Source: Candidatus Sulfotelmatobacter sp. (lineage in GTDB: Bacteria > Acidobacteriota > Terriglobia > Terriglobales > Acidobacteriaceae). Taken from it: DNA of 64,000 nucleotides. This document shows positions 60,526-64,000 of the stretch, one piece after another. The DNA lies in contig DATFNP010000042.1 of the NCBI GenBank assembly GCA_035266345.1, positions 9,660 to 73,659 on the forward strand. The letters are read 5' to 3'. Every line of letters starts with the position of its first letter. Position 1 is the first letter of the stretch. The translations under genes and the position numbers were made by a program. The notes under the pieces are model-generated. The model worked only from the letters and a program-made list of their open reading frames with translations. It was not told where the DNA came from and ran no database searches.

Positions 60526-61371
60526 ATGCCTTTCCCCGAAGCCAATCTCAGCGCGAAAGAATCGCAACTACGGGTGGAACTGCGCCGGATGGGCCGCCTG
60601 CTCGTCGCCTACTCCGGCGGAGTGGACTCGGCCTATCTGGCCTGGACCGCTCACCGCGTGCTGGGCAACGATATGCTGGCGCTGATTGCCGACTCCCCCA
60701 GCCTGGCCCGCACCCATCTGGCCGATGCCATTGCCTTTGCCGGCGAACAGGGAATTCCGATCGAGGTCATCGCGACCTCCGAACTCGACCGTCCCGAGTA
60801 CGCCCGCAATGACAGCCAGCGCTGCTTTCACTGCAAAGACGAACTGTTCGCGGTGATGGAGCAAGTCCGCGCCGCGCGCGGGTTTGACGCGATTGCCTAT
60901 GGCGTGAATGTGGACGACCAGGGCGATTTCCGTCCCGGGCAGGAGGCGGCTCGGCAGCATCACGTCACCACCCCGCTGCTGACGGCAGTACTCACCAAGC
61001 GGGAGATTCGTGAACTGGCGCGCCAAGCCAGACTGCGCGTCTGGGACAAACCGGCGTCCGCCTGCCTTTCCTCCCGCATCGAGTATGGGCGCCCGGTGAC
61101 GCGCGAGGCGATCGAGGTCGTTGAACGTGGCGAGGACGCCCTGCGCGCCCTTGGTTTCCGCCAGTTCCGCGTCCGCCACCACGGGGAGATCGTGCGCATC
61201 GAGATTGCACCGGAGGAACTGTCGCGCGCCCTGAGCCCCGCCATGGCCGCGGAGTTTACTGCGATCTTCAAGGCGCTAGGTTTTCAGTTTGTCACGCTCG
61301 ATCTGGAGGGCTTCCGCTCCGGTTCCATGAACTCACTGCTGCCTGCCGAGCAACTCCGCCGTACTGGCTAG
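60526..61371 (+). CDS. larE: ATP-dependent sacrificial sulfur transferase LarE (PP-loop ATPase)
   Basis: LLVAYSGGVDSAYL PP-loop, CFHCKDELF, DKPASACLSSRIEYG, FRQFRVRHHGEIVRIE. Confidence 0.9.
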   Translation: MPFPEANLSAKESQLRVELRRMGRLLVAYSGGVDSAYLAWTAHRVLGNDMLALIADSPSLARTHLADAIAFAGEQGIPIEVIATSELDRPEYARNDSQRCFHCKDELFAVMEQVRAARGFDAIAYGVNVDDQGDFRPGQEAARQHHVTTPLLTAVLTKREIRELARQARLRVWDKPASACLSSRIEYGRPVTREAIEVVERGEDALRALGFRQFRVRHHGEIVRIEIAPEELSRALSPAMAAEFTAIFKALGFQFVTLDLEGFRSGSMNSLLPAEQLRRTG

Positions 61372-61443
61372 AGAGGCTTGTCCGCGCCTGCCGGTTCCGG
61401 CCCGGCCCGCATCCGCTGTGAGATAATCAGACGGTAATTCCTG

Positions 61444-62388
61444 ATGCTGAGGCGGTTCCTGGTGGCCACAATCCGACGTTCCCTGGTGATCCTGCTTGTG
61501 ATTTGCCTGGGCTGCAGCGCCCAGTCTGTGCCTCCCGACACAGCGCGAAAAATCGAGCACCAGGTGCGGTCGTTTTACAACGTCCCGCCAGAAGTAAGAG
61601 TTCTGATCGGAGCCATCTCTCCCAGCACCGACTGGCCCGGTTATGACTCGGTCGCCGTAACGATAGACAACGGTGACGGCAAAAAGGACTACGTATTCTT
61701 GCTCTCCCGGGACCGCAACACCATGCTGCGCGTAACGAAATTCGATCTGACCAAGGATCCTTTTGCCGATCTGATGAGCAAGATTGACGTCGCTGGCCGG
61801 CCTTCGCGCGGTGCCAAGTCCGCCAAGGTCGTGGTGGTCAATTTCGACGACTTTGAGTGTCCCTTTTGCTCCCGCATGCACCAGACGCTGTTTCCGGAAA
61901 TCATGAAGGAATATGGCGACCGAGTCACGTTCGTGTACAAAGACTACCCGCTCTACGAGATTCATCCCTGGGCGATCCATGCGGCCGTGGACGCAAACTG
62001 TCTGGCACAGCAGAATCCCGATGCCTACTGGGACTTCGCCGACTACATCCACGCCAACAAACAGGAAGTAGACAGCGAGAAGACGCCCGGAGCGCGCCTG
62101 GAAGCCATTGACAAAATGGCCATACTGCAAGGGCAGAAGCACAACCTTGAGGTGACGAAGCTGCAGGCGTGCGTAAAGGCGCAGAAGGAAGATGCGGTAC
62201 GAGCTTCGATGAAGGAAGCGGACGGTCTGGGCGTCAGCGCGACGCCGACCCTCTTCGTCAATGGCCAGAGGGTTGAGGGAGCGGTGCCGATCAGCCAGCT
62301 CCGCGCCACCCTGGACAGCGCGCTGAAAGACGCCGGCGTGCCGGTCCCCCAGCATTTGCCGTCGGCTCCCCCGACAGCATCTAAGTAA
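61444..62388 (+). CDS. DsbA-family thiol:disulfide oxidoreductase (thioredoxin fold, secreted)
   Basis: VVNFDDFECPFCSRMH CxxC motif. GVSATPTLFVNG. Confidence 0.85.
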   Translation: MLRRFLVATIRRSLVILLVICLGCSAQSVPPDTARKIEHQVRSFYNVPPEVRVLIGAISPSTDWPGYDSVAVTIDNGDGKKDYVFLLSRDRNTMLRVTKFDLTKDPFADLMSKIDVAGRPSRGAKSAKVVVVNFDDFECPFCSRMHQTLFPEIMKEYGDRVTFVYKDYPLYEIHPWAIHAAVDANCLAQQNPDAYWDFADYIHANKQEVDSEKTPGARLEAIDKMAILQGQKHNLEVTKLQACVKAQKEDAVRASMKEADGLGVSATPTLFVNGQRVEGAVPISQLRATLDSALKDAGVPVPQHLPSAPPTASK

Positions 62389-62459
62389 TCGGCCTTGGGA
62401 GACGCCCGCGGAGCCGCTCCAGGGCTGGACTTTTTTCGCGTTCGTATGCGCTGTTACAG

Positions 62460-63539
62460 ATGGGAGACATGCTCTTGAGAAAAAACTTGCTTGGTGGCCG
62501 GGTCGCGCCAGCGCTCTCTGCCACTCTTCTGCTGGCGGCTTTGTGTGCCTGCGGTTCGCAGCCGGGTGGCGATGTGATGGCCACCGTGGATGGCCGCAAA
62601 ATTTTCCGGTCCGACGTGGACAAGTACTACGACAACCAGGTCGCCTCGGCCCAGCAGTCGCCTACCGGCGAGCAGGCCACCGCGCTGCGCCTGAACATCC
62701 TCCACCAGATGATTGACGACGAAATCCTCATGCGCCGGGCCGAGAAACTCGGGCTGCTGGCTACCGACGAAGAAGTGGACCGCAAGTACAACGAAATCAA
62801 GTCCCCGTTCACGCAGGAGGAATTCGACAAGCGCCTGCAGGAGAAAAAGATTACGCTGGCCGACTTCAAACGCGATATCCGGCGCTCCATCACGGTGGAC
62901 AAGGTGATGAACAAGGAAGTGTCGTCCAAGATCAACGTGACCGATCAGGACATTACCGATTACTACAACGCGCACAAAGCGGAATTCAACCTGATCGAGC
63001 CGCAGTATCACCTCGCCCAGATCATGGTGACTCCTATGCCCAACCCTCAGGCCCATAACCAGAACGAAAAGGCGCAGAACGAGGCCGAAGCGCACAAGAA
63101 GATTCAGATGATCGCGAACCGCCTCGACAGCGGCGACGATTTCGCCACCCTGGCCATGAAGTACTCCGAAGACCCGGAAACCTCCGGCAACGGCGGCGAT
63201 CTTGGCACCGTACCCGAGTCTTCGCTCCGCAGCACCGACCCGTTTACCCGCGAGGCGGTCATGAAGCTGAAGCCCGGCCAGTACAGTGGAATCATCGGAG
63301 TGGTGAATCCCGCCACCAAGCAGGCCCTGGGATTCCGCATCGTCAAGCTGGTGTCAAAGGAACCGGCGGGACAGCGCGAGTTGTCCGATCCGCGAGTGCA
63401 GCAGGCCATTCGCTCGCAGCTTCACGACCGCCGCGAGCAGTTGCTGAAGGCCGCCTATTATGAGGTTTTGCGGGATACCGCAAAGGTCGAGAACTACTAC
63501 GCCAAGAAGGTTCTGGACAGCAACGGGCTGGAGAAATAG
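62460..63539 (+). CDS. SurA-like peptidyl-prolyl isomerase lipoprotein (SurA N-terminal domain plus parvulin domain)
   Basis: Lipobox LLAALCAC. The parvulin-like region is FATLAMKYSEDPETSGNGGDLG. Confidence 0.85.
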   Translation: MGDMLLRKNLLGGRVAPALSATLLLAALCACGSQPGGDVMATVDGRKIFRSDVDKYYDNQVASAQQSPTGEQATALRLNILHQMIDDEILMRRAEKLGLLATDEEVDRKYNEIKSPFTQEEFDKRLQEKKITLADFKRDIRRSITVDKVMNKEVSSKINVTDQDITDYYNAHKAEFNLIEPQYHLAQIMVTPMPNPQAHNQNEKAQNEAEAHKKIQMIANRLDSGDDFATLAMKYSEDPETSGNGGDLGTVPESSLRSTDPFTREAVMKLKPGQYSGIIGVVNPATKQALGFRIVKLVSKEPAGQRELSDPRVQQAIRSQLHDRREQLLKAAYYEVLRDTAKVENYYAKKVLDSNGLEK

Positions 63540-63552
63540 TTACTCGAAGTAA

Positions 63553-64000
63553 TTATTCGACAATCGCCAGTACGTCTCCGGCGTTCACGGCGGCTCCTTC
63601 GCGGACAAGAATCTTCTGGATGGTTCCTTTTTTCGGCGACTTGAGTTCATTCTGCATCTTCATCGCCTCAACTACGAGGATGCCGGCGCCAGCCTCGACC
63701 TCGGCTCCCTGATTCGCCAGCAATCGCACCACTTTGCCGGGCATGGGAGCGGTCAGTTTCCTGGGGCCGTGATCGTCCACCGCGCGGGCGCGCCCGCGCA
63801 GCGAACGCGGATCACGCACTTCCGCCGCAAAGCGGACGCTGCCAACCCAAAGGTGCATCTCGTTGGCCACGCGCTCACATTTCACCTCAAAAGCCTGGTT
63901 GCCGAGGCGCAGCGAGAGTACGTCCGGGCGCGCGAGGACGGCGTCCACTGCCACGTCGCGTCCATCAATCTGGCAGGCCCAGCGGCCGTCCACCCGCCTG
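63553..64000 (-). CDS. Biotin/lipoyl-attachment domain protein (biotin carboxyl carrier-like). The 5' end probably runs off the window.
   Basis: APMPGKVV..GAGILVVEAMKMQNEL..GDVLAIVE contains the EAMKM biotinylation motif. The frame is still open at 64000. Confidence 0.85.
   Translation of the reverse strand, partial: RRVDGRWACQIDGRDVAVDAVLARPDVLSLRLGNQAFEVKCERVANEMHLWVGSVRFAAEVRDPRSLRGRARAVDDHGPRKLTAPMPGKVVRLLANQGAEVEAGAGILVVEAMKMQNELKSPKKGTIQKILVREGAAVNAGDVLAIVE

Noticed and set aside
61333-62355. 340-aa minus-strand ORF
   Set aside because: It is antisense to the DsbA-family gene with a clear CPFC thioredoxin motif.
1-64000. Searched for a CRISPR array or cas2 to go with the two cas1 genes
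   Set aside because: No series of regularly spaced 25-40 bp direct repeats is visible anywhere in the window, and no Cas2-like small ORF flanks either cas1. The Cas1 genes are therefore treated as CRISPR-independent.

Overview
GC-rich bacterial chromosomal window. The housekeeping genes (Ser/Thr kinase with TPR tail, CarboxypepD_reg-type TonB-dependent receptor, YXWGXW protein, BamD, LptD, RelA/SpoT, UvrD/PcrA, L28, Def, Rpe, LarE, many DinB/CPBP proteins) suggest an Acidobacteriota-like genome; this is inference only. The main feature is an accessory island in the first ~13.5 kb. It holds two diverged copies of a casposon-like module: Cas1 with a C-terminal Zn-ribbon and HTH, a family B DNA polymerase, a small HNH-like protein, an excisionase-type HTH, and two conserved proteins of unknown function. 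The copies lie as mirror images joined tail-to-tail at the polB 3' ends. The left polB is truncated after its exonuclease domain. No CRISPR array or cas2 occurs anywhere in the window. A 22-bp direct repeat (20/22 identical) brackets a ~0.7 kb segment just beyond the right Cas1. The left end of the island was not found and may lie outside the window. Other items worth a second look: (1) a carboxymuconolactone-decarboxylase/AhpD-family gene split by an in-frame TGA at the second Cys of its CxxC motif, followed by a hairpin, so a candidate selenoprotein; (2) a secreted Cys-rich (CC-repeat) protein gene interrupted by a 1-nt frameshift; (3) a frameshifted HExxH/TPR peptidase-like gene; (4) an mqnA-like gene remnant; (5) a tRNA with an irregular anticodon stem; (6) a 137-bp MITE-like element with perfect 20-bp terminal inverted repeats; (7) several families of 7-8 nt periodic intergenic repeats that form long imperfect hairpins. 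All calls rest on reading the translations and sequence by eye. No database search was run.
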